64,000 nucleotides of DNA from Rickettsiales bacterium (GCA_036770365.1 DAIPJH010000002.1:33014-97013); one strand, 5' to 3'; positions 36,943 through 47,641 are shown, numbered from the stretch's first letter. The notes: generated by a model not told the origin, from the letters alone. Numbers and translations: made by a program.

Positions 36943-39135
36943 CTAAAACAACTTCAACCCCTTGAGATTCTCAATCGTATTGCCAATCGCCGCAGGGTCT
37001 TTCAAGTCTTTGATATTTTTGAAATCTTGTTTGAGGGTTTTAACCTGTTCTTTAATTTCACCGCGTTTTTCTTTGGCAAGGTCTTTGAGTGACGCAGCAG
37101 TATCGACTGCGTCGGCAGACTCAGACACGCTGAGACATGGGCTGGTCTGCGCGCTCACATCAAATTTCTGTGAAATAGACTGGCTGATGGCGGCAACATT
37201 TTTGCCCTTGCCACCAATCTCCAACGCTGCCTTAGCGAGCATCGCCACGCTCGCCTGCGCATCAGGCACAACACTTGGCTTGGCAAATGTCCCGACCACC
37301 TTGACAGGTAAAGTAATCGCACTAAGCCCCTGTTTCTTTGCACGCGGATAAAGCTTAAGCGCAAGAGATTCATTGCCAATATTGACATCACCTGTGCCGT
37401 CCACCCGTGCATTACCCGTTTCAAACACCATCCATTCAGGACGCGCCACGCCGCTAACAACGTTCATCTTAGTTGCCAAGCATGAAATCGTGACATCGCT
37501 CGACTGACCCTTACCCGTGAGAAGCTGCAAGAAATTCGCCGATTGTTGCATCGCCGGCCCGCCATGATAGACAGCTTTTTCCATCAACATCACCACAGAT
37601 CCGCTCAAAGTCGGCAGCACATGATACACCGTATCCCCTGCACCTGAGAGCTGCAGATACAGATTGGCTTGACCGCCGTCTAAATTATCTGAAATTTTGA
37701 GGTTTTTCAGCAAAGCACCCAACGCCACATCCTTACCTTCAAACATAGCAGCCACCGCCACACCACTCCCTTGCGGTTTGACCGATAGACTTGATGCAAC
37801 AGGTGCGCCTTGCACCATCAGACGCAGTGGTGCAATCGTCAGCACACCACCGCGAAGTACTATTGCAGCATGTATATCTTTCAACGATACATCACCTGTT
37901 ACCTCTCCAATATCCAACGTAACATCCGCATTGACACCATCCATTGTTGAAATTTTCAATGGCGCATCGGGAATCATCCTCCCTGATGATGTGACACCAC
38001 TATTTTCAGCTTTCTGCGCAGGCTTTGTAACATCAACACGTGTCGTACTGACGCGTGTCACAGTTGGAATCTTCACCTGCGCTTTTATTGCGGGTACTTT
38101 CCCTCCAAGCGCAAGCTGTGCATTTCCTGAGAATCCCATATCGCCGTAGCTACCCTGAACATTCTTAAATTCAATGTTCTGCGGTGTTCCCACTAATGTA
38201 GCACTGATACGCGAAGATTCAATGGTAGGCAGCGGTTCGCCAACAAACGTTGAAAATGCAGATAAAGACTCCGCTTGCGCATCCAATTTGCACAAAAACT
38301 TTTGCGTTTTCATAAAATCACTGAGTGTGCCGTCGAGCTTGATATGTACATCATCACCATCCAGTGCAAGAGAAATATCCGCATTACCCTTCAAAAACGC
38401 CTCTAATGACACGGATGTCACCTGTAACTTGGCGTTTACATCACCCGAAATCATTGAAATATTTGCCACCATATTTTTTTGTATATCAAACGATGCATCA
38501 GAAATTTGTATGGCAACATGCCGCTTAAAGCGCGCATCATCATAACGCAATCTCACATTGGAAAGTTGAAGATGGTTCACCTGCAACGTCAAAGGATTCT
38601 CTGAATTAGGCAAGGGCTTGCTTGGCACGTCACCCTTATCCTCTTTCTCTACAGGAGAAAACTCCCAATTGGACACAGCTTTAGCATTTTTTGCTAATGC
38701 CACATCCATATCATCGAGCAATATTTCTCGAATCTGCACATGCTTGTCCAGCAACGGCATCATATCCACTTTAATCACAACACTCCCTACCGATATCATC
38801 GGATCTTTACCGGCCCATGCAGGGTTCGCTAATGTCACGTGCGATACTGTCAGCGTGGGCGTCATACTCATCACAATACCAACATCACCTTTGATGGTAA
38901 CCTCTCGCCCCAAAGCATCAAAAAGCACCCGCTCTATCTTTGGCTTAAAACCATTCAGATCAAGATTCTGTAGTAAAACAAACCCAATAGCAGGCACGGT
39001 CACCAGCAACATAACTGCCCCGCCGAACAGCCTATATATCCATTTAACCATAGAGGAGTTCGCTTTTTTCATGTTGGACATCATCTCAATCCTCATAATG
39101 CGTATCATACATAAAATAGTGCGAAACACACACAA
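36943..39135 (-). CDS. AsmA-family outer-membrane biogenesis protein
   Basis: 730 aa. An N-terminal TM segment is followed by KPKIERVLFDALGREVTIKGDVG, which is AsmA-type, then a long beta-rich body. The start codon is uncertain. Confidence 0.7.
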   Translation of the reverse strand: MCVFRTILCMIRIMRIEMMSNMKKANSSMVKWIYRLFGGAVMLLVTVPAIGFVLLQNLDLNGFKPKIERVLFDALGREVTIKGDVGIVMSMTPTLTVSHVTLANPAWAGKDPMISVGSVVIKVDMMPLLDKHVQIREILLDDMDVALAKNAKAVSNWEFSPVEKEDKGDVPSKPLPNSENPLTLQVNHLQLSNVRLRYDDARFKRHVAIQISDASFDIQKNMVANISMISGDVNAKLQVTSVSLEAFLKGNADISLALDGDDVHIKLDGTLSDFMKTQKFLCKLDAQAESLSAFSTFVGEPLPTIESSRISATLVGTPQNIEFKNVQGSYGDMGFSGNAQLALGGKVPAIKAQVKIPTVTRVSTTRVDVTKPAQKAENSGVTSSGRMIPDAPLKISTMDGVNADVTLDIGEVTGDVSLKDIHAAIVLRGGVLTIAPLRLMVQGAPVASSLSVKPQGSGVAVAAMFEGKDVALGALLKNLKISDNLDGGQANLYLQLSGAGDTVYHVLPTLSGSVVMLMEKAVYHGGPAMQQSANFLQLLTGKGQSSDVTISCLATKMNVVSGVARPEWMVFETGNARVDGTGDVNIGNESLALKLYPRAKKQGLSAITLPVKVVGTFAKPSVVPDAQASVAMLAKAALEIGGKGKNVAAISQSISQKFDVSAQTSPCLSVSESADAVDTAASLKDLAKEKRGEIKEQVKTLKQDFKNIKDLKDPAAIGNTIENLKGLKLF

Positions 39136-39243
39136 TACAAGTCACAACATAACTCTATATATAGGGGCAAAGACTATCTCTTGCTACTTTTTATTGTTTT
39201 GTAAAAAATACGTGCTTATGTAATCTCGCATGTTCATTTTATC

Positions 39244-39765
39244 ATGGAGTCTATCTTTATGCATCTTACTCGCCATCATTATACCGTATTTGCCCTTACC
39301 TTACTCACATTACCCCACGCCGCTATGGCTGAAAATCATATTCTTGGGTCTATCGGTATGTTTGATATCCGTCATCAAGAACGCTCCACACAATTTGGAT
39401 TAGAATGGCATGGCGACAGTTTTTACAAAAACTTTCTTCCTATTGCGGGTGGCACACTCGATATGGATGGTGATAGCTACGGATTTGGCGGCGTGCAGTA
39501 TGAATACGCACTGAATAATACATGGACAATCACCCCAAGCTTTGCTATCGGCCTATATCATGATGGTGCTGGCAAAGATATGGGTGGTCCATTAGAATTT
39601 CGCTCAAGCCTCGGGATTGATTATCGCCTAGACAATGCTTCTCGTCTAGGTCTAGCAATGAATCATATTTCTAATGCGGGTCTCTATGACCGCAACCCCG
39701 GCGCAGAGAGCGTGGTTATCACATGGAGCTTACCCCTTGAGACATTCTTCTCGGCTAAGCACTAG
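39244..39765 (+). CDS. acyloxyacyl hydrolase (PagL-like lipid A deacylase family)
   Basis: It has a signal peptide, MNHISNAGL (His-x-Ser) and NPGAES motifs. Confidence 0.75.
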   Translation: MESIFMHLTRHHYTVFALTLLTLPHAAMAENHILGSIGMFDIRHQERSTQFGLEWHGDSFYKNFLPIAGGTLDMDGDSYGFGGVQYEYALNNTWTITPSFAIGLYHDGAGKDMGGPLEFRSSLGIDYRLDNASRLGLAMNHISNAGLYDRNPGAESVVITWSLPLETFFSAKH

Positions 39766-42508
39766 ACCCTGCTAAACTCAGTTCAATCGCAGCTAATGAG
39801 TCTTGCTGTGCCTTCTCCAACCTTGAGATGAGATCTATCAACAAGCTATCATCAAGATTCGTTGACTGACGTGTGATATTTTCAATCTCTTTTGCCAATG
39901 CAGAAACCGTCATTGCTCCAACCTGCGCACTGCTTGACTTCAGCGAATGCGCTGAACGCATCACAACGTCAAAATCTTTTGCTTCATATGCACTCACGAT
40001 GGATGCAAACGAAGATTCACTGCCTGTTTTATAGTGATCAATGATCATTGCAAAACTACTACCCACCATATCTTGTAATGTCTGCCATGCCTTTGGACAT
40101 AAAACAGGAATATGCTGCACCATCTCACGTGACATCATATCATCGTGCGTCTGCACGGTCGCCTCGGATACTACTTCTTCCCCGTTTTTGTCTAACCATT
40201 TATGAAGTACCTTCTGGATATCTTCAAAATGAACTGGTTTAGCAACATAGTCATCCATGCCTGCTTCCAAACATTTTTCTCTATCGCCGCGCATCGCATT
40301 AGCTGTGAGCGCAACAATAGGCGCATTGGTCAATTTTTGGGTACGGATCACGTGCGTTGCTTCATAACCGTCCATTTCTGGCATTTGACAATCCATAAAC
40401 ACCATATCAAAAGCTTCTTTTGCAAGAACATTAACGGCCTCCAAGCCATTATTAGCTACCACAACCATACAACCAAGCTTATCCAGCAACCTAAGCGCAA
40501 CTTCCTGATTTACCTTGTTATCTTCTACTAAAAGTACGCGCACCCCCACAAAATGCTTATAGTTGTCTTCCATTTCTTTGGTACGAGATTTACTCATAAT
40601 TGGCATCACACTACCTTGTTGCTGCGCTTGAAGCACATCTGCCAAAGTTTTCATAATATGACGTAAACGGTAAGGCTTCACAAGATACGCGGCAAAACCA
40701 GCTTCCCTAAAGCGTGTAGTGTAAAGTTTACCAACCACTGCGGTCAACATTACTAACGGCAATTTTGCAATCATTGAATTTTCATGCTGAACGATCGCAT
40801 TTGCCAATTCAATACCATCCATCTCTGGCATCATATAATCCAAGATCGCCATATCAAACGGCTCATCATGCAAACATGCCTGATGCAGCAATTGCAATGC
40901 TTCTCTTCCAGAATATGCCGAATATGCCTTAATACCCTGAAGACTAAGTGCCTCACTTAGCATCATCGCGTATTCAGGAACATCATCCACCACCAATACT
41001 TTTCTACCACGAAGCAACTCCGTAACATCCACATCAGGTAACCGCACTTGATTAGACTCAGAAACATTCTTAACCGCCATGGTAAAATGAAACTCTGAAC
41101 CTTTCCCAAGCTCACTTTCAACCCAAATAGATCCACGCATCATAGAGGTTAACTCACGACAAATCGCTAAACCAAGCCCCGTGCCTCCAAATTTTCGCGT
41201 TGTAGACGAATCAGCCTGCGAAAATTTATCAAAAATATAGTGTAGTTTATCTTGTGGAATTCCAATACCTGTATCCTCAACAATAACATGTAAACACGTC
41301 TCATCAGGCGCAATATTGGGGTGTTTTTGTGTATCAACACCTATTGTGACCTTTACATAACCAGACTCAGTAAATTTAATGGCATTCCCCACTAAATTCG
41401 TAAGAATCTGACGAATACGTACGCGGTCACCTATCACCATTACTGGCGTATCTGGCACGTAACGCAAAAACACTTCCAGCTCTCGCTCACGTGCGCGCCC
41501 AGAAAGCATCTCCACCACTTCTTCTGCCATCTCATCTAAGTTAAATTCGGCAGTTTCCAACTCCATCTTTCCTGATTCAATTTTTGAAAAATCAAGAATA
41601 TCATTGATAAGCTCCAACAATGCCTCACTGGAATTCACCAGCGTCCCTACATACTGTTCTTGCTTTGCTGTCATGCTTGTATCTTTAAGCATTTGTGTCA
41701 TGCCTAAAATACCATTCATTGGCGTACGAATTTCATGACTCATCGTTGCCAAAAATTCGCTTTTCAAACGCACCGCCTGTAAAGCACTCTCCCTCGCATC
41801 CAATAATTCAACATTTTGTGTCTCAAGTGCTATAGAACGCGCAATCACTTGCTTCTCTAGTTTATTCGCTGCGCTACGCAGATACACCAGATACCCGAGC
41901 ATATATAATAACAACGCCACAAACGAGGCATACAAAATAATGGTATAACGACGCGCTTCTTGCGACAGCAAGGCATCTAGGTGATTATAATGTGCGCTTA
42001 ATTCAGATAAGCTAGACATTACCCCCATTTCTTCCATATGGGGCAAAAGCAATCCTTCAAGTTTTTCATTCAAGGAGAGCTTATTTGACACATCCTCGTC
42101 TTTTAACGTTGCCAACGTTGCATCGCGTAACACATTGGTCGTTATTTCAATATCTTTCTGTAATTTTGTCAATTCTGCCTGTCGCCCCGAGAGCATCGCA
42201 GGTAAAACCAATTCATTGTAACTCACTACTTTAGCAACAGTATCTAGCACTGGTAAAATTTTAAGAACAACATCTTTCTTCTGCTCAATCTTCTCTAGGC
42301 TGCCTTTATGCTTTTCTAGCACCTCTTCTACTGCAACATCCAGATCAAACAACGCATACTGAAATTTAAACAACGTATCCGTTGCTGTATGCTGGGATTG
42401 TGCAATCGTATTTGACTGCATAAATACAAAGCTTATGATGGCCAGCAAGCTTATACAGACAATGACATTAAACCAGTTCGTTTTCAACATAGATTGTGAC
42501 TTACGCAA
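39755..42508 (-). CDS. hybrid sensor histidine kinase/response regulator (HisKA-HATPase-REC-REC-HPt)
   Basis: It has the MSHEIRTPMNG H-box and the GTGLGLAI G-box. Two receiver domains are present (VLVVDDVPE...DYMMPEMDG and VLLVEDNKVNQ...DCQMPEMDG), plus the C-terminal HPt motif AHSLKSSSAQVGA. Confidence 0.9.
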   Translation of the reverse strand: MRKSQSMLKTNWFNVIVCISLLAIISFVFMQSNTIAQSQHTATDTLFKFQYALFDLDVAVEEVLEKHKGSLEKIEQKKDVVLKILPVLDTVAKVVSYNELVLPAMLSGRQAELTKLQKDIEITTNVLRDATLATLKDEDVSNKLSLNEKLEGLLLPHMEEMGVMSSLSELSAHYNHLDALLSQEARRYTIILYASFVALLLYMLGYLVYLRSAANKLEKQVIARSIALETQNVELLDARESALQAVRLKSEFLATMSHEIRTPMNGILGMTQMLKDTSMTAKQEQYVGTLVNSSEALLELINDILDFSKIESGKMELETAEFNLDEMAEEVVEMLSGRARERELEVFLRYVPDTPVMVIGDRVRIRQILTNLVGNAIKFTESGYVKVTIGVDTQKHPNIAPDETCLHVIVEDTGIGIPQDKLHYIFDKFSQADSSTTRKFGGTGLGLAICRELTSMMRGSIWVESELGKGSEFHFTMAVKNVSESNQVRLPDVDVTELLRGRKVLVVDDVPEYAMMLSEALSLQGIKAYSAYSGREALQLLHQACLHDEPFDMAILDYMMPEMDGIELANAIVQHENSMIAKLPLVMLTAVVGKLYTTRFREAGFAAYLVKPYRLRHIMKTLADVLQAQQQGSVMPIMSKSRTKEMEDNYKHFVGVRVLLVEDNKVNQEVALRLLDKLGCMVVVANNGLEAVNVLAKEAFDMVFMDCQMPEMDGYEATHVIRTQKLTNAPIVALTANAMRGDREKCLEAGMDDYVAKPVHFEDIQKVLHKWLDKNGEEVVSEATVQTHDDMMSREMVQHIPVLCPKAWQTLQDMVGSSFAMIIDHYKTGSESSFASIVSAYEAKDFDVVMRSAHSLKSSSAQVGAMTVSALAKEIENITRQSTNLDDSLLIDLISRLEKAQQDSLAAIELSLAGSSA

Positions 42509-42553
42509 AGATAAATTTATCAGTCTGCGACTCTACAGAAAAGAAGTTAACAA

Positions 42554-43111
42554 ATGATTGCAACCCCTCTAGAAACCTTTATTACGGTTCAGACTGGCGA
42601 CAGCTTTGGTAGCGGCGAACACCCAAGCACTGCCCTTATGGTTGAGCTTCTTCATGATTTACAGGCACATGGACTACATCCACACACTGTTTTAGATATG
42701 GGATGCGGCAGTGGCATTCTTAGCATCATGGCCATAAAAATGTTTGGGTCGCGGGTCATTGCTGCGGATATTTCTCGCAAAGCTCTACATGCTACCCAAA
42801 CAAATGCCCAACTCAATCACGTTGAAGCACACCTAGAAACACTACATTCTGATGGTTTTACCAATGTTGAGATCGCACATCACGCCCCCTATGATCTGAT
42901 TCTTTATAATATTCTTGCCGAGCCAGCTATTCGCCATGCACGTGATGCCCAACATGTCTTAGCTGTAGATGGTCTCCTTATGCTTTCTGGCATTTTACAA
43001 TGGCAAGTGCCTGCGGTAAGTGAAGCGTATCACCTTTTGGGTTTTTCCCTTATCGCACAAGCACGACATGAGCCATGGGAAACGCTTGTGTTTACTCAAA
43101 ACTCTCAGTAA
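42554..43111 (+). CDS. PrmA-like (ribosomal protein L11) methyltransferase, catalytic domain only
   Basis: FGSGEHPSTALMVELL and VLDMGCGSGILSI match the PrmA catalytic domain. It is only 185 aa, and no N-terminal domain is possible because the spacer to the divergent gene is 45 bp. Confidence 0.6.
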   Translation: MIATPLETFITVQTGDSFGSGEHPSTALMVELLHDLQAHGLHPHTVLDMGCGSGILSIMAIKMFGSRVIAADISRKALHATQTNAQLNHVEAHLETLHSDGFTNVEIAHHAPYDLILYNILAEPAIRHARDAQHVLAVDGLLMLSGILQWQVPAVSEAYHLLGFSLIAQARHEPWETLVFTQNSQ

Positions 43112-43152
43112 AAACGATGTTGCTTGTTTGACAGCATCCATCGTGAGGTGTT

Positions 43153-43722
43153 ATGAGTCTTAGCATGCGGACAGAACACCTCAAATTACAGCTTCCAAAT
43201 TGGCTCACCTACAGTCGTATCGTGGTGATCCCATTGATGATTGTTGTATTTTATATTCACGGAAACGTTGGTTTCTGGCTTGCTTCTAGCTTATTTCTCT
43301 ATGCCAGCATCACTGACTTTCTCGATGGGTATTTGGCGCGTGCATGGAATGCCTCAAGTAATCTTGGGCGTTTTCTTGATCCCATTGCGGATAAATTACT
43401 CGTAGCAACCGCGCTTGTTTTACTTGTTGGTGCAGATCGCGCACCTATTTTACCTGCTATTGCGATCTTGGCGCGTGAGATTTTGGTCTCTGGACTCCGT
43501 GAATTTCTGATGGAACTTCGCGTACCACTTCCCGTCTCCACGCTTGCAAAATACAAAACCGCAGTGCAGATGACCGCGATTTATTTGTTATTATTATCCC
43601 ATGGAGGCTTCACATTCATCCCTGTGGATATGATTGGACAAATCATGCTATGGATTGCCGCATTGCTCACATTAATTTCAGGATACGCCTATTTTCGTAC
43701 TGGCCTCAAACATATGGCATAG
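43153..43722 (+). CDS. pgsA: CDP-diacylglycerol--glycerol-3-phosphate 3-phosphatidyltransferase
   Basis: The CDP-alcohol phosphatidyltransferase motif DFLDGYLARAWNASSNLGRFLDPIADK is present. 189 aa with multiple TM segments. Confidence 0.9.
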   Translation: MSLSMRTEHLKLQLPNWLTYSRIVVIPLMIVVFYIHGNVGFWLASSLFLYASITDFLDGYLARAWNASSNLGRFLDPIADKLLVATALVLLVGADRAPILPAIAILAREILVSGLREFLMELRVPLPVSTLAKYKTAVQMTAIYLLLLSHGGFTFIPVDMIGQIMLWIAALLTLISGYAYFRTGLKHMA

Positions 43723-43731
43723 GACTCCCTC

Positions 43732-44409
43732 ATGCGTGATATTCACAATCCCACCCCCACAGCGTATAGCTACACAGACGCATTGTTTGCTGAAGAAGAT
43801 ACCCTTCTACAACAGATTCGCGCTACAGGTGAGCATTTACGTGCAGGTATGATGGTCAGTGCTTATGAAGGTAAAATGCTGCATCTTTTTGCAAAAATGA
43901 TCGGCGCAAAGAACATACTAGAGATCGGTACATTTGTTGGCTATTCCGCCTTATGGCTTGCGCGTGCGTTACCAGAAAACGGCGCACTTATCACCTTAGA
44001 ATTCAACCCTGATCATGCCAAATTGGCTCGTAATTTCTTTGATCAAGACCCGCACGTCTCCACCAAAATTACCCTCATGGAAGGCGCGGCACTGGATACG
44101 CTCGAATACATACACACCTCTCACAACGAACCTTTTGATCTCATCTTCATTGACGCCGCAAAAAGTGAATACGCAAACTACTTAAGACTGTGCGAACCTA
44201 TGCTACGTGTTGGCGGACTTATCATTGGAGATAATAGTTTGTTGTTCGGCGCAATGTATGGTGATGCGCGCCAAAACACCTCCAAAAGTGCCGTTGCGTC
44301 TATGCAGACTTTCAATCAACGTCTTGCAAATAAAACTCTTTTTACCAGTGTCCTCATCCCCACCCCAGAAGGACTGACCGTTGCCCTAAAAAATCCTCAA
44401 AATTATTAA
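43732..44409 (+). CDS. class I SAM-dependent O-methyltransferase (caffeoyl-CoA OMT/YrrM-like)
   Basis: ILEIGTFVGYSALWLA, FDLIFIDAAKSEY and GGLIIGDN are present. Confidence 0.85.
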   Translation: MRDIHNPTPTAYSYTDALFAEEDTLLQQIRATGEHLRAGMMVSAYEGKMLHLFAKMIGAKNILEIGTFVGYSALWLARALPENGALITLEFNPDHAKLARNFFDQDPHVSTKITLMEGAALDTLEYIHTSHNEPFDLIFIDAAKSEYANYLRLCEPMLRVGGLIIGDNSLLFGAMYGDARQNTSKSAVASMQTFNQRLANKTLFTSVLIPTPEGLTVALKNPQNY

Positions 44410-44492
44410 GTCCTGCAACAATTTTGTAACAATTCACCGTTATAGTGAATCTTGGGATTTTACCTCAAAAACACACAAAGAAGCGCGACGCG

Positions 44493-46028
44493 ATGCATTA
44501 TAAATGGCAAGATACAAGCTCACTTGTTCATGATGTGGAATTTTTTGCAGTCCACAAAGACGAAGAAGCTTTAATTTATGCTCCGCAAGGCGCGACCAAA
44601 GAATTGCTACAGCGCATCCCTGAGACCCTAAGAAATCAAGGGTTTACGGCTACCCCCGATATGGTCAAAGGTGAGTATGTATTACGTGTACAGAATTTTA
44701 ACGATCGCAACAACCTGCTCCATGTCCTACAAACCACAGGCTTCACGCGTGGCGCGGCAGAATCGTATCTAAGCGAATATGACCACAAAGACCCGAAAAC
44801 GCTCAAACAACAATTTCAAGATAACATCATGCGTATCTCTGGCGCAGTGTACCTTGCAGGGGACGTATTGCTTATGGGAGCGGGTGCATTGCGTGGTGAC
44901 ATGGCAGAACTTGGCACAGGTGCGATCTGGGGTTCAACAGGTGTTGTTCTTACCGCTTTTGGCAAAAAAGATGCAGATATTCAGTCACAGCAGCTTTACA
45001 GCAAGCTTGGCGATCACCTGAAACAAGAAGGATTTGATTTTACTGATAATAATGAGTTAAGCCTCGACAAACTTGGTGGCAAACATGGTATTGTCAACAA
45101 ACTGCAACGCTTTCTTTATGATCATCCCGTAGAATTTAATAATACCCTACAAGGCGTTGGCGGCGCGATGATGGCAAAGGCAGGTTCTAATCAAGGCAAT
45201 CATTATAAAACAGCGGCAGGCGTCTCTGTCATGGCAGGACAATGGGGTGGCATGCTGGTTGACCCCGTTACACCTGATAAAGACCAACCCAAACCCAAAT
45301 TTCCAAGTGTCAGCTGGTTCTTAGAAAGACCTCTACGCATCACAGGACTTGGCGCAAGCATGAATAACGTCCTCAATGCAATTGGCATTGTACGCGTTGA
45401 TTTCAAAGATAATGCGCGCTACCATTTATTTGATGAAAATGATTCCAAAAAACGTCCCACAGGCGATTTACGTCAACGCTATGAAAACGAATTAAAAATA
45501 AAAGCCGATGAAGGCACTCTCTCTCGTCAAGCATCCTATGAATTCACCGCCCTAGAACATAAAGTTGATGCATTTGAAGGGCGCATACGTGACTCTAAAA
45601 CACGAGAACTCACGGGGAAAATGCATAAGCTTGGCACAAAGGATGCTTGGAAGGCAAACGCTGCCGCCACCGCATGCTACCTCATAGCCAATATCCTGTA
45701 TGGCATGTCCAATAAAGACACCAGCATTGACCTCAAAAGCACAGGTAAGCTAGACGAAATCTACGCAGTAGCAGCACAAGTAATTGGTGCGCAAGACGCA
45801 CAAGTGCAGCCTGAATTAGTACAACGTATCGCTGGATTCTTAGCAGGACAAGCTGACATCAAAGAAACACCTCAAGAAGTCGCAGACCTTTTACAAGAAA
45901 AAATTCGTAACCTTGGCGAGAATCCATGGGCCTCTCCACCAAAACCAAGCAAATCCATTACTGGAGCAATCCATCAAAAATCTGCCACACTAGGTATTCC
46001 TATCCAAGGCTCATTGGCGATACATTAG
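44493..46028 (+). CDS. hypothetical protein with Gly-rich hydrophobic segments
   Basis: The track ORF runs from GTG 44445; the first ATG is at 44493 (MHYKWQD). Putative membrane segments are GAVYLAGDVLLMGAGAL, GAIWGSTGVVLTAF and AAGVSVMAGQWGGMLV. No family was recognised. Confidence 0.5.
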   Translation: MHYKWQDTSSLVHDVEFFAVHKDEEALIYAPQGATKELLQRIPETLRNQGFTATPDMVKGEYVLRVQNFNDRNNLLHVLQTTGFTRGAAESYLSEYDHKDPKTLKQQFQDNIMRISGAVYLAGDVLLMGAGALRGDMAELGTGAIWGSTGVVLTAFGKKDADIQSQQLYSKLGDHLKQEGFDFTDNNELSLDKLGGKHGIVNKLQRFLYDHPVEFNNTLQGVGGAMMAKAGSNQGNHYKTAAGVSVMAGQWGGMLVDPVTPDKDQPKPKFPSVSWFLERPLRITGLGASMNNVLNAIGIVRVDFKDNARYHLFDENDSKKRPTGDLRQRYENELKIKADEGTLSRQASYEFTALEHKVDAFEGRIRDSKTRELTGKMHKLGTKDAWKANAAATACYLIANILYGMSNKDTSIDLKSTGKLDEIYAVAAQVIGAQDAQVQPELVQRIAGFLAGQADIKETPQEVADLLQEKIRNLGENPWASPPKPSKSITGAIHQKSATLGIPIQGSLAIH

Positions 46029-46113
46029 GCAATTTTTAAGCTCTCATTCAATTTTTATTAAATTTCTTTGATTATAGTAGTGGCATAGGAACGATAATCA
46101 GAAAGATTATACC

Positions 46114-46365
46114 ATGGCACTAAGTGATGACATTGCGAATGCAATCAAAAAAGCTGATAGCAGCTATTTCTTTGAAAATTATACCAAACAAGCGGCAGCG
46201 GTGATAAGTATGCTCGAAAGCAAAGGCTACATCATCGTACCTAAAAAACCCACAGACGAAATGATCTCCGCTGGCGAGAATGGAATTCGCGCAGGTAAAG
46301 TTAAACCCGCTGAACACGTCCAGCACGTTTTCAATGTGATGGCTCTTGCTGGTGCTAAAAAATAA
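46114..46365 (+). CDS. hypothetical small protein (83 aa)
   Basis: Track ORF with an ATG start, non-overlapping. No family was recognised. Confidence 0.35.
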   Translation: MALSDDIANAIKKADSSYFFENYTKQAAAVISMLESKGYIIVPKKPTDEMISAGENGIRAGKVKPAEHVQHVFNVMALAGAKK

Positions 46366-46369
46366 TCAC

Positions 46370-46831
46370 TTACGCGACGTCTGCTGGAGTTCCAACTGCT
46401 TCTTGACGCTTCTGTGCATACATGCGCAAGAAATCAATAGGTTCAAGCATCAACGGGGGAAACCCACCGTCACGCGTCACATCTGACACGACGCGGCGAG
46501 CATAAGGAAACAGCAAAAACGCGCAGTCTACCAACAATATCTGCTCTAAACGCTCTTCAGGAATTCCCGAAATGGTGAAAAGCCCTGCATAGATCAAATC
46601 GACCATGAACAAGGTGCGCTCACCAATAGCGCGAATGTTAAACTGCATACTGAGTTCAAACATGTCTTCAGATAAACGCTGCGCGCCCATATCCACATTC
46701 AAATCTACTTTTGGTGCTTCTTTAAGAGAGAGCAAACTTTGTGGTGCGTGCGGATTTTCAAAGGAAAAATCTTTAATATATTGGCTACGCATTGCCAAAA
46801 AAGGCCCAGATTGGTTTTCTTGTTCGCTCAT
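46370..46831 (-). CDS. secB: protein-export chaperone SecB
   Basis: MRSQYIKDFSFENP ... LFPYARRVVSDVTRDGGFPPLMLEPIDF is the SecB signature. Confidence 0.9.
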   Translation of the reverse strand: MSEQENQSGPFLAMRSQYIKDFSFENPHAPQSLLSLKEAPKVDLNVDMGAQRLSEDMFELSMQFNIRAIGERTLFMVDLIYAGLFTISGIPEERLEQILLVDCAFLLFPYARRVVSDVTRDGGFPPLMLEPIDFLRMYAQKRQEAVGTPADVA

Positions 46832-46966
46832 AAAAATATCCTTAACTTGTCACATTTAGAAAGTCTTTGGCAGCTTCTATAAAGAAAAACTCCATTCTGG
46901 TCACGCAAAATTTGCCATCTCGTAAGACTGGCATATAATAAAGCTCTTTAACATTGGATTATAACC

Positions 46967-47641
46967 ATGCCTGTTGATATTTTAATACTTGCTGCCATTG
47001 CTATTTTTGTTGTTTTACGCCTACGGGGTGTGCTTGGACAAAAGACAGGGCATTTCCCATCACCTGACACGCAAAAACCAGAAGAGCGCGTCGTGCGTTT
47101 AGAGCATCCAACAATCGATGCACAGCAACTTCCTGACAAGAAAGAACTTGCGCATCTGCTTGACGTAAAGGCAGAACCAGACCTTTCACTCATTCCTGAG
47201 TCTTTGCATCATACAATCAAAGACATCGTTGCCATTGATAAAAGTTTTACCGTTAAAGACTTCTTAGAAGGCGCGCATATTGCCTTTGAAATGGTACTGA
47301 ATGCCTACAGCAAACAAGACCGCACTACACTAAAACCTTTGCTCAACAAAGAAACCTACGACGTGTTTACCCATGAACTGGATGAACAAGCCACACGCGG
47401 TGAAAAACGCATCACCACATTGCTTGCCATCACACACGCAGAGATTCGCGCTGTTGATCTGGTTAAAAACACAGCACGCATCACCCTCCATTTTGTCAGT
47501 GAGCAGAACCATCTCACTCGCAACTCGCAAGGTGACATCATAGAAGGCAACACGTCTGATATTACCATCGTCGAAGATGACTGGACTTTTGAACGTGATC
47601 TTCGCTCCGTCAACCCAAACTGGACACTGGTTGCCACATGA
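46967..47641 (+). CDS. Tim44-like domain protein
   Basis: An N-terminal TM segment is followed by the C-terminal Tim44-type domain (FLEGAHIAFEMVLNAYSKQD ... WTFERDL). It shows the conserved alphaproteobacterial adjacency to secB and mltA. Confidence 0.85.
   Translation: MPVDILILAAIAIFVVLRLRGVLGQKTGHFPSPDTQKPEERVVRLEHPTIDAQQLPDKKELAHLLDVKAEPDLSLIPESLHHTIKDIVAIDKSFTVKDFLEGAHIAFEMVLNAYSKQDRTTLKPLLNKETYDVFTHELDEQATRGEKRITTLLAITHAEIRAVDLVKNTARITLHFVSEQNHLTRNSQGDIIEGNTSDITIVEDDWTFERDLRSVNPNWTLVAT

Noticed and set aside
36962-39223. Several plus-strand ORFs (129-201 aa) inside the asmA region
   Set aside because: They are antisense to a 730-aa AsmA-family CDS. They are Ser/Thr/Ile-rich low-complexity translations typical of shadow ORFs.
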